Of a stretch of DNA of 64,000 nucleotides, positions 1 through 13,279 are shown one piece after another. Source of the stretch: Eledone cirrhosa (Eukaryota); assembly GCA_964016885.1 (NCBI GenBank), contig OZ024747.1:41912001-41976000 (forward strand). The letters run 5' to 3'. Position 1 is the stretch's first letter. Every line of letters starts with the position of its first letter. The notes under the pieces were generated by a model, which was given only the letters and a program-made list of their open reading frames with translations, ran no database searches and was not told the DNA's origin. The position numbers and the translations under genes were made by a program.

Positions 1-94
1 TAGCTGGCTTAATAGGGATAGTTGCTTAAGATAATTACAGTCTCCAGTGGAGAAGGACACAGGTTAGTCACTGACATAGCTAATCAGGTAGTAC

Positions 95-376
95 TATGTC
101 TAAAGTCTGTATTAAACCAGAATGCTCATTTGGCCAGTGCTTATCCCGGTTTCATGGCATGAAGTGAATGAAAGTGACAAAATTCCCTACTGGACAGGAC
201 GCCAGTCCATCGCAGAGTTAAACCCCCAGCTATGGCTGGTACTGATTTCCAGCTGAGTGTACTGGAGCAACGTAAAATTAAGTGTTTTGCTCAAGAACAC
301 AACACAGCCCAGAAATCAAACCCATGACATTATGATCGTAAATTCAACACCCTTACCACTAGACCACATACCTCCA
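95..376 (-). mobile_element. tRNA-derived SINE inserted in a decayed RTE fragment
   Basis: Similar to SINE copies at 11145-11560 and 52040-52325. Flanked by the 14-bp TSD taatcaggtagtac (81-94 and 377-390). Confidence 0.75.
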
Positions 377-690
377 TAATCAGGTAGTACAGGAAGGTGT
401 TATTCCCAATGAATGGCAAAGAAGCATCATTGTTCACTGCTACAAGGGTTAAGGTGATGCATTACAGAGAGACAATTACAGAGGCATCAAATTATTGGAC
501 CGGGTTATAATGATCACAGAAAGTGTAATAGCACAACGGATAGAGGACAGAATTAATCTTGAGATGCAGTTTGGTTTTTTACCAAGAATAAGCACTATAG
601 AGTTCCATGCTCCATAATTTGGTAATTGCTAGGGAAGCTAGTGATAAATGAAGGCTTGTGAGGGCTGTAAAAGAAATCTACAGCGGTATA
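377..690 (+). mobile_element. Degenerate RTE LINE reverse-transcriptase fragment
   Basis: Remnants NQVVQEGVIPNEW...CYKG.GDAL.R.NYRGIKLLD and EMQFGFLP, similar to the minus-strand LINE at 1981-2904. Confidence 0.7.
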
Positions 691-764
691 TGTGCAAGAA
701 TGTATATGTGTGAATACATGTGTGTATGCATGTGAATTAATGGCTGTATGTGTATGAATTGATG

Positions 765-2990
765 TCCGTTTTACGTCCGTTCTTCCACGCTGGCATGGGT
801 TGTCCTGTTGTGGGCAGTGTCCGGTCGGCTGACCATGCCTTGCTCATACAGGAACTGATTCTGGCTTGATTTCTACAGCTGGATGCCCTTCCTAACACCA
901 ACCCCATTTACAGTGAGTGCTGGGTGCTTTTTTGCCGTGGCGCCTACACGTCCACTTTACAGTGGGCTGGGTGCTTTTTTGCATGGCACCTACGTGACCA
1001 CTTTGCAGTGGGAGAGTGTGGGGGCATATTATCTATATGCTTCAGCTGGTACCCATGGGAGGTCGGATCTTTTGTATCATTGCATGACGCCAGAGGTCAC
1101 GGTCGTGTGTCATCGCCTTTGAGAGGTGCAGTTGGGTAAGCTCAGCTTTTATCACCTCATCCCAGGTCTTCTTGGGTCTCCCCACTCCACGGTTTCCATC
1201 GACTTCTAGTGCTCTGCACCTTTTTATGCTGCTGTCATCCTTCATACGCATCACATGTCCATACCAATGCAACCGCCTCTCCTGCACACAGCATTTGATT
1301 CCTCTTATGCCCAGTCTCTCTCAATTCGTTTATACTTTGCTGTTCGCATAAATTACTATTACACATCCATCGGAGCATGCAAGCTTCGTTTCTTTCTAAT
1401 CTACGCAAGTCTTCTACAAACAGCGCCCAGGTCTCACTACCATGTAACATTGCTGTTCGTATACACGCATCATACAGTCTGGCTTACATTTTGAGGGAAA
1501 AGCCTTTTGCAGTTAGCAGTGGCAGTAGCTCCCTGAACTTCTTCCATCCCATTCTTACCCTAGTTATTGTACTTTCCGAAGACCCACCTCCACTGCTAAT
1601 TCGGTCACCTAGATAGCAGAAGCTGTCTACTGTTTCTGCAGAGCCCTCCCAGAGTTTGGTGGTACTTGTTTCCTGTGGCTGTTTGCTGCTTGCTGTCCCA
1701 GCACAGCTGTTACATGTGAAGCCTACATTCTTAGTTAAGCTTCCTGAGATCCCACTCCATCTCTTGTGTACCCATTGTTTGCATTTGGGGCAGAGAATGG
1801 AGTTCCTACCTACACCTTTCCTACATACTGAGCAAGGCCATTTCCCTGAGGGGATCTGGGTTCTGTTTTCTCGTCTACTTACAAAGACCTTAGTCTTTGT
1901 CAGGTTGACTTTGAGACCCTTTCTTTCTAGTCCCTGCTTCCAAGTTTGGAATTTCTTCTCTAGTTCTACCATAGATTCAGCTATAAGTGCAAGGTCATCT
2001 GCATACAGGAGTTCCCATGGGTCTTAAACTCCTCCGTTATTGCCTGCAGGTCTATGATGAACAGGAGAGGGCTAAGAACAGAGCCCTGGTGGACACCGAC
2101 CTGTATGCTAAATTCCTCGCTATAGTCATTGCTAATCCTAACTTTGCTGACTGTTCCCTTATACATGGCTTGTACAGCTTTCGCAAGCCATTCATCTACT
2201 CCTAGTTTTCTAAGAGCCCACCAGATTATAGCACGTGGAACTCTGTTAAAGGCTTTCTCAAGATCAACGAATGCCAGGCAGAGCAGCTTACTCTTAGCTA
2301 GGTACTTTTCCTGTAACTGCCTCACAAGGAAGAGGGCATCAGTGGTGCCTCTTCCTGGCACAATTCCAAATTGCATCTCATCTAGTTTCACCCGGTCCCT
2401 AATCAACTGTGCTATAACTCTTTGCGTTACTTTCATGACCTGGTCCATCAGCTTTATACCTCTATAGTTTCCTCTATCTAGTGCATTACCTTTACCTTTG
2501 TAGCAGTTGACAATGATGCTACTGCACTAATCTTTTGGTATGACACCTTCTAGTATTACCTGGTTAACAATACGTGTGGTTATAGTGTGACCTACCGACC
2601 CAGATGCCTTCAGCATCTCGGCAGCTATACCTGATGGAGCGGTTGCCTTCCCCATCTTCATATCTTTGATTGCCTTACTTACTACGCTGCTGCTGACATG
2701 TACTGCTGGCCCCTCTATAGGGTCTACTTGGGGTAGGGTCTCTTCTTCCCATGCATTCTCCTCATTTAGTAATCTATCATAATAGCTCTTCCACACATCT
2801 TTCTTCTCAGCACTTGTGAGGGCAAGCTCACCTTTATCATTCCGGATACACTTCTCTCCAATGACATCAATTCTCTCTGACACACTGCCTCGCAATCTTG
2901 ACACCTAGTATTACCTGGTTAACATACGTGTGGTTATAGTGTGACCTAGCGACCCAGATGCCTTCAGCATCTCGGCAGCTATACTCAATG
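765..2990 (-). mobile_element. 5'-truncated, frameshifted RTE-clade non-LTR retrotransposon in an NPRL3 intron
   Basis: RT motifs QFGIVPGRGTTDA, VDLEKAF, GVHQGSVLSPLLF and YADD (near 2000). Cys-rich finger CSVC...CPKCKQWVH...CNSC. C-terminal LHGSETW and LHWYGHVMRM, followed by the 3' UTR tail. Confidence 0.9.
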
Positions 2991-2999
2991 GACCAATGT

Positions 3000-4325
3000 G
3001 TATGAATAGATGTGTATGTATGTATGAATAGATGTATGCGTGTGAATAGATGTATGCGTATGAATAGATGCATGCGTGTGAATAGATGTGTGTTTGAATA
3101 GATGTATGCGTGTGAATAGATGTATGCGTGTGAATAGATGTATGCGTGTGAATAGATGTATGCGTGTGAATAGATGTGTGTTTGAATAGATGTATGCGTA
3201 TGAATAGATGTATGCGTGTGAATAGATGTATGCGTGTGAATAGATGTATGCGTGTGAATAGATGAATAGATGTATGCGTATGAATAGATGTATGCGTATG
3301 AATAGATGTATGCGTGTGAATAGATGTATGCGTGTGAATAGATGTATGCGTGTGAATAGATGTATGCGTGTGAATAGATGTATGCGTATGAATAGATGTA
3401 TGCGTGTGAATAGATGAATAGATGTATGCGTGTGAATAGATGTATGCGTGTGAATAGATGAATAGATGTATGCGTATGAATAGATGTATGCGTATGAATA
3501 GATGTATGCGTGTGAATAGATGTATGCGTGTGAATAGATGTATGCGTGTGAATAGATGTATGCGTGTGAATAGATGTATGCGTGTGAATAGATGTATGCG
3601 TGTGAATAGATGTATGCGTGTGAATAGATGTATGCGTGTGAATAGATGTATGCGTGTGAATAGATGTATGCGTGTGAATAGATGTATGCGTGTGAATAGA
3701 TGTATGCGTGTGAATAGATGTATGCGTGTGAATAGATGTATGCGTGTGAATAGATGTATGCGTGTGAATAGATGTATGCGTGTGAATAGATGTATGCGTG
3801 TGAATAGATGTATGCGTGTGAATAGATGTATGCGTGTGAATAGATGTATGCGTGTGAATAGATGTATGCGTGTGAATAGATGTATGCGTGTGAATAGATG
3901 TATGCGTGTGAATAGATGTATGCGTATGAATAGATGTATGCGTGTGAATAGATGTATGCGTGTGAATAGATGTATGCGTGTGAATAGATGTATGCGTGTG
4001 AATAGATGTATGCGTGTGAATAGATGTATGCGTGTGAATAGATGTATGCGTGTGAATAGATGTATGCGTGTGAATAGATGTATGCGTATGAATAGATGTA
4101 TGCGTATGAATAGATGTATGCGTATGAATAGATGTATGCGTATGAATAGATGTATGCGTGTGAATAGATGTATGCGTGTGAATAGATGCATGCGTATGAA
4201 TAGATGCATGCGTATGAATAGATGCATGCGTATGAATAGATGCATGCGTATGAATAGATGTATGCGTGTGAATAGATGTGTGTTTGAATAGATGTATGCG
4301 TGTGAATAGATGTATGCGTGTGAAT
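3000..4325. repeat. 18-bp minisatellite (TGAATAGATGTATGCGTG)n
   Basis: About 70 near-perfect tandem units. They generate spurious repetitive ORFs in several frames. Confidence 0.97.
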
Positions 4326-4519
4326 GCATGTATATCTGAAAGAATGTATATGTGGGGATGTATGTGTGAATGGCTATACTCATGTGAATGTATGTTTGTC
4401 AGAACGGATGTATATATGTAGGAATGCATTTATGCCTGAATGGATGTATGAGTGTATGTGTGTGTGTGTGTGAATGCATACATATAAGCACATTCCAGTG
4501 ATAGCCCAACAGTTCATAC

Positions 4520-4754
4520 CTGATGCAATATCTGAAGAACTTTGCGTCCTCTCTAGCACACAATTCTCATCAATGGTGACATCAGGGATACTCCTGCCAA
4601 GGAGGCACTGCGACAATGGCGTGGATGACAGTAGGGAGTCTGTCAGTTTCTTCTTTTTGCTCTTTTGTGTGGGGACAGACAGGAAGATGTAAGTATGGAG
4701 CTGGATTAATATCTGGTGTTGTAACATCCACACAACCAGTTTACACTTCTGACT
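4520..4754 (-). CDS. NPRL3: NPRL3 coding exon 12 (last one found; the gene continues left of the window)
   Basis: Encodes SQKCKLVVWMLQHQILIQLHTYIFL..., cf. human VVWMLQRRLLIQLHTY. attacAG acceptor and GTATGA donor. Confidence 0.88.
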
Positions 4755-5879
4755 CTGTAATGACATAATAGTAAAGAAACTGAGAAAGGGAAAGAAGGGA
4801 TAAAACATGAACTTCATTATCATCAAGATCATTTAATGTCTGCTTTCCTACTAGCAAGAGTTGGACAGGTCTACATAGACCAAGTCAGTACTGTTGCAGG
4901 TCTACTGACCTCTCAGACAGGCCAAGGAGTCTGCATCCTGCTTATGTATGGTCATATGTTCTATTAAGTGCAGAAGAGAAGTTGAGTCTTTTGACACAAA
5001 CTGAAGGATTCGCCTAACCCCTTCTTTGGCAAAGTTTCTGCAGCTAGATGCCCTTCCTAACATCAACCACTTTACAGTGTGTAATGGGTGCCTTTAGTGT
5101 ATAGATCACCAGCACTAGGGGGCTGTTATGTCCTTGACACAACTAAAAGGTCCTCCCAACCCCTTCTTTGGCAAGTGTTCTACAGCTGGATGCCTTTCCT
5201 ATCACCAACCACATTACTCTTACAATAACAAACCGAGCTAATGAGAGATCTTCTACTAAGTTTATCAATCTGTTAGAAATATCAGCCGAATCTCACCATA
5301 CCACCTTGAAAAAAAGGAAGGAGGGTATAAGGAACATTGTAGTCCTTGATATTAAAAAAAAAAGATGTTATGCTCATGGTTGGAAAGATTTTGATCATAG
5401 TACTAACCTGTGGCTAAATAACTCTTTCTAATATTGGAACAAGGCCATTTCGGGGAAGGAGAAAGTTAATTAAATTAACCCCAGTACTTGAATGATATTT
5501 TATTTTATCAACCCTGGAAGGATGAAAGCAAAGCTAACCTTGAAAGGATGTAGAAATTACAACTACCGTATTTCCCATTGCCAAAGATGCTTCGTCCTTG
5601 AGGATGCACCCTAATTTTGACAACCAAAAATTTTAAAATAAATAATAAACCTTCGGTCTCCAGGACGCATGGTAGATTTTTTAGACTTATTTTAGGAAAA
5701 AAATAGCGTCCTCAACACTGGCAAATATTATATATGCCACAAAGTAGCGTCCTCAACACTGGGAAATATTATATATGCCACAAAGTATTTTGTTCAATGC
5801 TCTAACAATTCCACCAATCCTCTGCTCTTCCAGCAGTGAAATAATAATTTCTTTATTATTCATTATTTATTTATCTAAT

Positions 5880-6845
5880 AATTGTTTCTATTTTAGGCAC
5901 AAGGCCAGCAAATACCCAGTACATTACTGGTACTTTATTTTATCGACCCCGTAAGGATGAAAGGCAAAGTTAACCTTGGCGGGATTTGAACTTAGATCAT
6001 AAAGAGACGTAACTCTATGCTTCAAAGCATGGTGTCCAACTCTCTATCGATACTGCCAATTCACCGCCATTTATTTATCTAATAATAACAATTTATAGGC
6101 TAAATAATAACAAATGTTTTTCAGGTTTACCTTTTATCTTGCAGAAATTATTTTCATCCCTCCTGGTTCAGAGTTGAAACCCTGCAAGACTTGATTTGTT
6201 TTTCATCAACTTCAGGGACAATTAAATCTATTATATAACAATCCTCCATATTTTAGCATAGAACTAATGTAATCTAGAAAGTCTAATCAAAAATCCCTTT
6301 AACTCTAGATGATAATAATTTTCTTCCTTCTTTTCCTCCTGAGGGAGTCGCGGGGGTAAAGTCCTCAGACACTCATGATAATAAGTGAAAATAATGATTT
6401 CTTACATAGGCACAAGGCCAACAAATTTAGGGGAGAGGAAAGTCGATTAAATCAACCCCAGTACATGATTGGTACTTTATTTTATTGACCCCGTAAGGAT
6501 GAAAGGCAAAGCTAACCTCGGCAGGATTTGAACTCAGAACATAAAGGACCGTAATTCTACCACAAAACATATTGTCCAACACTATCGATACTGTCAATCC
6601 ACCACCCTTAATAACAGTTAGAATAATGGTTTTTGATTTAGGCACAAGAACAATAATTTTTGAGGAGGGGAAAGTCGATTAAATCGACCCCAGTGTATTA
6701 CTGGTACTTTATTCTATGAACCCCACAAGGATGAAAGGCAAAGCTAACCTCGGCAGGACTTGAACTCAGATTGTAAAGGACCATAACTCTGTGCTACAAA
6801 GCATGGTGTCCGACGCTCCACAAATAGTGCAATCCATCACCCTTA
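5880..6845 (-). mobile_element. Cluster of three tRNA-derived SINE copies (family ending TAGAAACAAT)
   Basis: Copies at about 5880-6069, 6395-6607 and 6625-6843 share the core GACCCCGTAAGGATGAAAGGCAAAGTTAACC and a B-box (reverse complement of GAGTTCAAATC). Confidence 0.8.
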
Positions 6846-6973
6846 TAACACATCTTATTATTTTAATAACAGTTAAAATAATAAGATGTTTTATATATAA
6901 CTTTCTTCAGAAGAAAATATATTTTTAATTACAGACATAAAAAAAAAAAAAATGATTTTGATAATAAATTTAC

Positions 6974-7103
6974 CTGTTTCTGTGATGTGTCCAGAGCATC
7001 TCTATATTCATTCATTCTAATTGGTAGGGAATATTTTGAAAGAACTACTGGTAAACTTTCATTCGGAAAATCTCTTTCAAACAGCTCAACCAAATGTACA
7101 TTG
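6974..7103 (-). CDS. NPRL3: NPRL3 coding exon 11
   Basis: Encodes NVHLVELFERDFPNESLPVVLSKYSLPIRMNEY.... tctcttttctcAG acceptor and GTAAAT donor. In frame. Confidence 0.9.
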
Positions 7104-7722
7104 CTGAGAAAAGAGAAACCATTTCAGAGTATAAACAGATGTTAAGATGGGAATGGAATACATCAAATGAAGGATTTATATTTCTAAAATAAGAAACCAT
7201 ATCAAGTGCACAGCCATAAGTGCAAGTTTAAGGAGTGCAAGTTTCAACTGCACATTTTTAAGACTGATTCTGCTGCATGACACCAAAGCAAGTGTTTTCC
7301 ATCATAGCTTTGGGTTGACTAACCACTCCTTTTGAGTTGAATTTGGTAGATAGAAACTATGCAAAACCCCATCTTGTGTATATGTATCATCATTTAATGC
7401 CCATCTTTCCTGGCAGAAAGACCAACATGAAATAAAGTGTCTTGCTCAAGGACATAAGGCATTGCTTGGCCTGGGAATCAAACTCGCAACCTCACAATTG
7501 TGAATTTAATTCTCTAACCACTAAGCCATGTGCCTTCACCCCAACACAACCACTGAAACTACTACCACATAACAGGCTGGATTAGGTATATTTTATTTTG
7601 ACACCAGCATTACAACTTCAGTGTGGGTTGTGCAGGTTTTATTTTAATGATAGCATTGATTAATTAATTAATGTGGCCAATGAAATAAATATATATTCTA
7701 AAATACAAAATAAAATACTTAC

Positions 7723-7829
7723 CTAATCGGGTTTGCATGGGGAGACAAGACATACATATTATTCTCACATAAAGGATAAATAATCATGGCTTTAGCCCAG
7801 TAAACTAAGTGGCTGACCAAACGAAAAAC
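7723..7829 (-). CDS. NPRL3: NPRL3 coding exon 10
   Basis: Encodes [35 protein letters not shown], a highly conserved NPRL3 block. AG acceptor and GTAAGT donor. Confidence 0.95.
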
Positions 7830-9041
7830 CTAGGGAAGAAATAAAGCAACATTAAATATTAACCTACATGTATGTATTTTATCAATCAATTTATATAAAA
7901 AAAACCAGTGATATAGACAGTAGCAATGTAGCGGCAATGTAGTTAGAATGACTGCTATACTACAGTTGTTTCAGAGTCAACATAGTGCCTCAGATCAGAT
8001 CATTTGCTACTAAATAAAAATAAAAATTTTAACATTTCATGTTTATTCAGAGAAAATCCCAAAGTTATTCCCCTATCCCAATAATGAACAAGAGAGGAAA
8101 AAGACAGGAATTATTTCAGTGTACAGATGCATCACCATGCTCCAAATAAGGGGCAGTTAACTCTATGATGGAGTTATAGGTGAGCCAGAGTGACATATGA
8201 CATGCTTTGGGTATTTAAACATAACATAGCCCATCTATTCTCTGGGTCTGAACACAACCGATTTCTTGCAGTGAGGGAGAGACAGGGACGAAATGAGAAA
8301 GAGATATAGAGGAAGAATGGATCTCAGTACAGGACTGGTACTTTTTATATTGACCTTGAAAGGATGAAATGCAAACTAGACCATGATAAGATTTGAACTC
8401 AGAAAACAGAGAACCAGAATAAATACTGCAAAGCATTTTATTTGATTTTCTAATAATTCTGCCAATTTTCCACCTTTCCATCACCATGTTACAGCAGCAA
8501 TAGTTCAAAAGAGACCATTATAGAGCTTCTGTGTTGTCATCAGAATCAAACTGGTGAGAACAATAAAAACCAAAGCAAGATCTACGTACTGGCACTACCA
8601 ACTGTATTCTGTAATATCTGCAAAAGTGACTGGCTCATTGCTGTTGGTCTATAGTCTTATGAATGAGCAAAGCATTGTTGATGGAATTGCTTCATCATCG
8701 TTTAACATCTATTTTCCATGCTTCCATGGGTTAAATGAGTTGTCACGTTATGAGGCCCAACAGGTCAATTGATTATGTCTTTCTTATATATGGTGGATGT
8801 TCTTCCAAACACCAACTATCTTACAAGGTGGGCTGGGTGCTCTTTGTCATGGCACCAGTACAACCACCTTATAATTTGCGGAAAAAAAAATGTCTAACAA
8901 CAATTCATACCCGATTATAAGTGACTTCTGAGCAGGATGTGGTCATTGAATGAGCAAGCATGAATAAATGAATGTAAAACAGTCAAAATAAATATTTAAA
9001 TAGAAAAAAGTTCTTAATTTAAAAAATTCACAAAGTATTAC

Positions 9042-9198
9042 CTGAGACAAACTAAGGTCAGCATCTAAAGAGAGGGTTTGAAGGTTTTTTGTGGGGTTTA
9101 CACAGCTGATAAGTCTAACTAAAGTTGGTGAACAATCAATAGGTAAAGATTTCAAAAGAGTGTCACAATCTACAAGAAGTAGTATTCCATGATAGGGC
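9042..9198 (-). CDS. NPRL3: NPRL3 coding exon 9
   Basis: Encodes [30 protein letters not shown]...[16 protein letters not shown], containing the LPIDCSP motif. Canonical splice sites. Confidence 0.93.
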
Positions 9199-9458
9199 CT
9201 ACAATAAAGAGAAGAATAGTAAATAAAACTGAATACTTTAACATATCAAACAGTATAACTACTCTCAGGTCCTAAATAATAGGGGTTGGAATAAGCAGGG
9301 GTGGTGGAAAATCGGAAATTTTTCTAAGTTGTCTCCATTGATTTAAAAAACAAAACAATAAACAATCAGAGGTGGTTTCAAGGGGCTTGGTATTAAAAAG
9401 GTTAAAGAATGACTAACTATGAAGATATTTAATAGTAACTGGGTAGTAGAATATTTAC

Positions 9459-9493
9459 CTTAAGGATTCTAAACATTTGTCAATTGCTTCAGG
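9459..9493 (-). CDS. NPRL3: NPRL3 coding exon 8 (35-nt microexon)
   Basis: Encodes PEAIDKCLESL(R), cf. human PEAIERSLKAIR. tttctaatttcAG acceptor and GTAAAT donor. Needed to keep the frame (phase 0 to 2). Confidence 0.88.
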
Positions 9494-9739
9494 CTGAAAT
9501 TAGAAAGAAATGCCAACTATATAATTAACATCATTTAACATCTGTTCTCCCTGCTAGAAAGGGTTGTATACTGGGTGTGTTTATTGTATAGATCACCAAA
9601 ATTATAGAAGTTGTCATGTCTTTGACACAGCTGAAGAGTCACCTTGACCTGTTGTTTGACAGATTTTCTGTAGCTGGTTGCCCTTTCTATTACCAGTCAC
9701 TTTACAGAGTGTTACACATATATATATATATATACATAT

Positions 9740-10262
9740 GACTAAGCATAAGAGGTATCAAATGTTGTGTTCTGGAGAGAAGATTGTGTTAGTATGGACA
9801 TGTGATTCGTATGAAGGACGATAGCTGTATAAAAAAGTGCAGGGCAATGAAAATTGATGGAAGCTAAAAACCTGGGACGAGGTGATAAACACTGACCTTG
9901 CTCACTTACACCTCTTTAAGACAATGACACTGGATCGAGATCTTTGGCGCCATGCAGTTGTACAGAAGACCCGACTGCCATTGCATACAAACCTACAGTC
10001 AGTAGGCACCTCTTAACCCAATATACACCCCACCCCATCCTTTCCATCCACACTGTAAGGTGGTCTTGTAGGAGACACGGTAAAAAGGCTTCCAGTCCAC
10101 ACTGTTAATGTGGTTGGTGTTAGGGAGGGCATCCAGCTGTCAAAAAAACCTGCCAGGACACTTCTGTACAAGCGAGAAACAGTCTCCCGACCATTCCCGC
10201 ATCAAATGGAACAAAACCGTCTAACCCCTGCTAGCGTGGAAGATGGACATTAAATGATGATA
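9740..10262 (+). mobile_element. RTE LINE 3' end fragment
   Basis: Similar to 1042-1310 (YGHVIRMKDDSCIKKCRA, TWDEVI). Ends in the GGTGTTAGG.AGGGCATCCAGCTGT...ATGATGAT tail. Confidence 0.8.
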
Positions 10263-10804
10263 TGACAAATTTAACTCTTAATATCCTGCAATAATTTAGA
10301 AGAAAATATGTAAAAATAGAGCTGTTAATTCAAATCTTTATAGTACTTCTATTTGTGACAGATTATTATGAAGATTTGCAATAGACTAAAAGACTTTAAT
10401 TTTTAAAGTGATGCAACCACAGTGCTGTTTTGAACTTTTCAAGAATGTCTTGCCAATGTGGTTTCACCATGGTACAGAATTTTAAGAATTAATATCAATA
10501 TAAAATTAATGAAGTAAACTGATTTAATTTCAATATAGATATAGCAGCTACATCTCCCGCAAATCTTTTAAAAAAAGATAGGATGGTCATGAGTGGATCA
10601 TCTTTGACCATAGAGCTACTCAATCCAGGTGTTACTGGTACTTGATTTTATCGACACTGTAAGGCTGAAAGGCAAAGCTAACCTCAGCGGGATATGAGCT
10701 TAGAGAGTGCAGAGCCAGAACAAATACCACAAAGTATTCTATCTGACATTTTAACGACTCCCAATTTGCTACCTATACAAGAATACAAGAATATAAAAAT
10801 ATAC

Positions 10805-10913
10805 CTTCAAAGCTTTGTTGTTGAGGGAATTCAAGTGGACTCTGTGTGGTAAACAGAAATTGACCATCACCCAGTGGTTCACATACAAATGAACTATTCC
10901 ATTTTTGCATAGG
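10805..10913 (-). CDS. NPRL3: NPRL3 coding exon 7
   Basis: Encodes LCKNGIVHLYVNHWVMVNFCLPHRVH..., cf. human [26 protein letters not shown]. Canonical AG/GT sites. Confidence 0.92.
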
Positions 10914-11832
10914 CTGCAAGAAAATAAGTTTAAATAATCATCACCATCTTCATGAATAGGTGTGTTAATTCATTTAGGCATGTGTGTGTATGTATGTAAC
11001 ACATGTACGTATGTTTGTGTATGTAACATGTATTTATGTATGCATGTGTCTCATGTAAGTATGTTTGTGTATGTATGTATGTAATAATCCACAACAAAGC
11101 TTAATAAAAACTAATAATTTTGCCTTTCTTTTCTACTATATGGAGATATGTAGCCTAGTGGTAAGGGTGTTGGACTTAAGATCATAATGTTGTGGGTTCA
11201 ATTCCTAGACTGGGTTGTGTTCTTGAGCAAAACATTTCATTTTATGTCGCTCCAGTATAATCAGCTGAAAATAAGTACCAGCAGTAGCTGGGGGTTTTAC
11301 CCTGTGATGGGCTGGTGTCCTGTCCAGCAGGGAGTCTTGTACTCTGTCACTCAATGAAATGGAAACTGGGATAAGCATCGGCCTCACATTGTTCCAGTAT
11401 ACCCAGCTAAAAATGAGTACCAGCAGTAGCTGGGGAGTTTACCCTGTGATGGGCTGGTGTCCTGTCCAGGGAAAGTCTTGTATTCTCAGACACTTAACAC
11501 CACGGAAATTGAGATAAGCACCGGCTTGATGAGCCTCTAGACTAAAGACAGACTTTAGAATGTAAAAATGTGCCTCCAAAAACCTCAGGGGAAGAGGTAC
11601 GTTTTAAAAAATGAGTCTCAGCTCAAGTTTCACAATATGAAGCAGATGAGATAAATCTTTCCTCCCCCATCTTCAATCACTGAGTTTTCTTCTTTCTCCC
11701 TTTTCAATCCTCTCTGTATCTTTTTCTTCCTTCTTTCTCTATTATAATAGAATCAGTATACAGTTCCATTGATCAAACAACTGGAATACACACCTTTACA
11801 ACTGACCTGAAAACCATCATCATTACACGTAC

Positions 11833-11905
11833 CTATCATAAACATATTTCAGTTCCCGTGCCAACTGGCTGTGTCTTAAAATCATCTTATAAGGACATTC
11901 TGTAA
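11833..11905 (-). CDS. NPRL3: NPRL3 coding exon 6
   Basis: Encodes (V)TECPYKMILRHSQLARELKYVYD(S), cf. human LARDLKEAYDS. T-rich acceptor and GTACGT donor. Confidence 0.9.
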
Positions 11906-11970
11906 CTGAAACAAAAAAAAAAAAAAAATTTAATTGTTCTAATTGAAAATGTTTTATGTAAGATATTAAA

Positions 11971-12310
11971 GGAGGCACATGGCTTGGTGGTTAGAGCATT
12001 GGCCTTGCAATCGAAAGGTTGTGAGTTCAATTCTCAGACCGGGTGATGTGTTGTTTCCTTGAGCAAGACACTTTATTTCACGTTGCTCCAGTTAACTCAG
12101 CTGTAGAAATGAGATGATAGGGACTGGGGTCCATATCATTCAACTGTAAAGTGGCCGTGTAGGCGCCACGGGAAAAAAAACACCCAGCACTCACAGTAAA
12201 TGAGGTTGGTGTTAGGAAGGGCATCCAGTTGGAAAAAATCAAGCCAGAATCAGTTCCCGTCCCACCCTTGCAAGCAGGGAAAAGCGGACGTAAAATGATG
12301 ATGATGACGA
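11971..12310 (+). mobile_element. tRNA-derived SINE with RTE-derived 3' tail
   Basis: A-box TGGCTTGGTGG and B-box GAGTTCAATTC. The 3' end matches the RTE LINE tail and ends in (ATG)n. Confidence 0.85.
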
Positions 12311-12526
12311 TTAAAATTGTTGTACCTTTAAGAATATCTATTAGAGTGACCTCTGCTTGAGGTTCTTTTCGTGCTTCATTTGCATCAAGAGGTTATTAGT
12401 CAACAAGTTGATATATTTATGTATTTATACTAACATTATTTATTTACATACAGTAAGGTTTGGGGGCTTAACTTGTATTACTACACTAACATACAATAAG
12501 GTTTATGTTAAGAAAAAAACTGTTAC

Positions 12527-12677
12527 CTTCACTGAAAGGTGATTCATCATGGACCTGTTGCATTGCTTTGGCTTGCTGAGCCAAGTAATTACAGCGGCAT
12601 TCCTCATGACGAATAGCAACGGTGATTTGCTTTGCAAGATCCTGGTAGTAGTTCACCACTGTGCTATCAACACAAGC
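12527..12677 (-). CDS. NPRL3: NPRL3 coding exon 5
   Basis: Encodes ACVDSTVVNYYQDLAKQITVAIRHEECRCNYLAQQAKAM, containing the HEE.RC.YL motif. AG acceptor and GTAACA donor. Confidence 0.92.
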
Positions 12678-13279
12678 CTTTAAAAACAAATATGAATTGC
12701 CATAACAACAAAAATACGGGAAACATCAAAGGGACATAACTATTGCCTTTAATATTTAAAAGAATACATTTATAATGTATACATGCATGGTTCAGTAACT
12801 CCTGAAGAAGACCTGAAAAATTCTGTAAAAAGTGCCCTTTAAGAATTGATATTATTGACTGAGCACTCTCTCCTAAATTAAGCTTTGCGCTTATGCCAGA
12901 AATCATTATTAATAATATAAAGGGCTGTGGATTGGCAGAAGCAGTGAAGCATCGGATAACATACTTTGTGGCATAGCTATTCTAGCTGACATTCTAATAA
13001 TTCTGCCAATTCACCACCTATTAATTGTTTCTACTTTTGGCACAAAGCCAGCAATTATCCAAGTGCATTACTGGTACTTTATTTTATCCTGCAAGGATGA
13101 AAGGCAAAGTTAACCTCAGTGGGATTTGAACTCATACCGTAAAGGGACGTAACTCTACGCTGCAAAGCATGACGTCCGACCCTCTACCGATACTGCCAAT
13201 TCACCGACATTTACACCACCTAATAATACAAAGTAGCCACATTAAAAAATATATTAAGATGAAGGAAGAAAATATTTAC

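Noticed and set aside
2867-4429. Long ORFs of 520, 490 and 277 aa (HTHTSI, FTRIHL and MRVNRC repeats)
   Set aside because: These are translations of an 18-bp minisatellite lacking stops, within an NPRL3 intron.
11971-12045. tRNA-like sequences (also at 50581, 52974 and 59074)
   Set aside because: These are SINE heads. They have A and B boxes but no proper acceptor stem, and they continue into a SINE body and tail.
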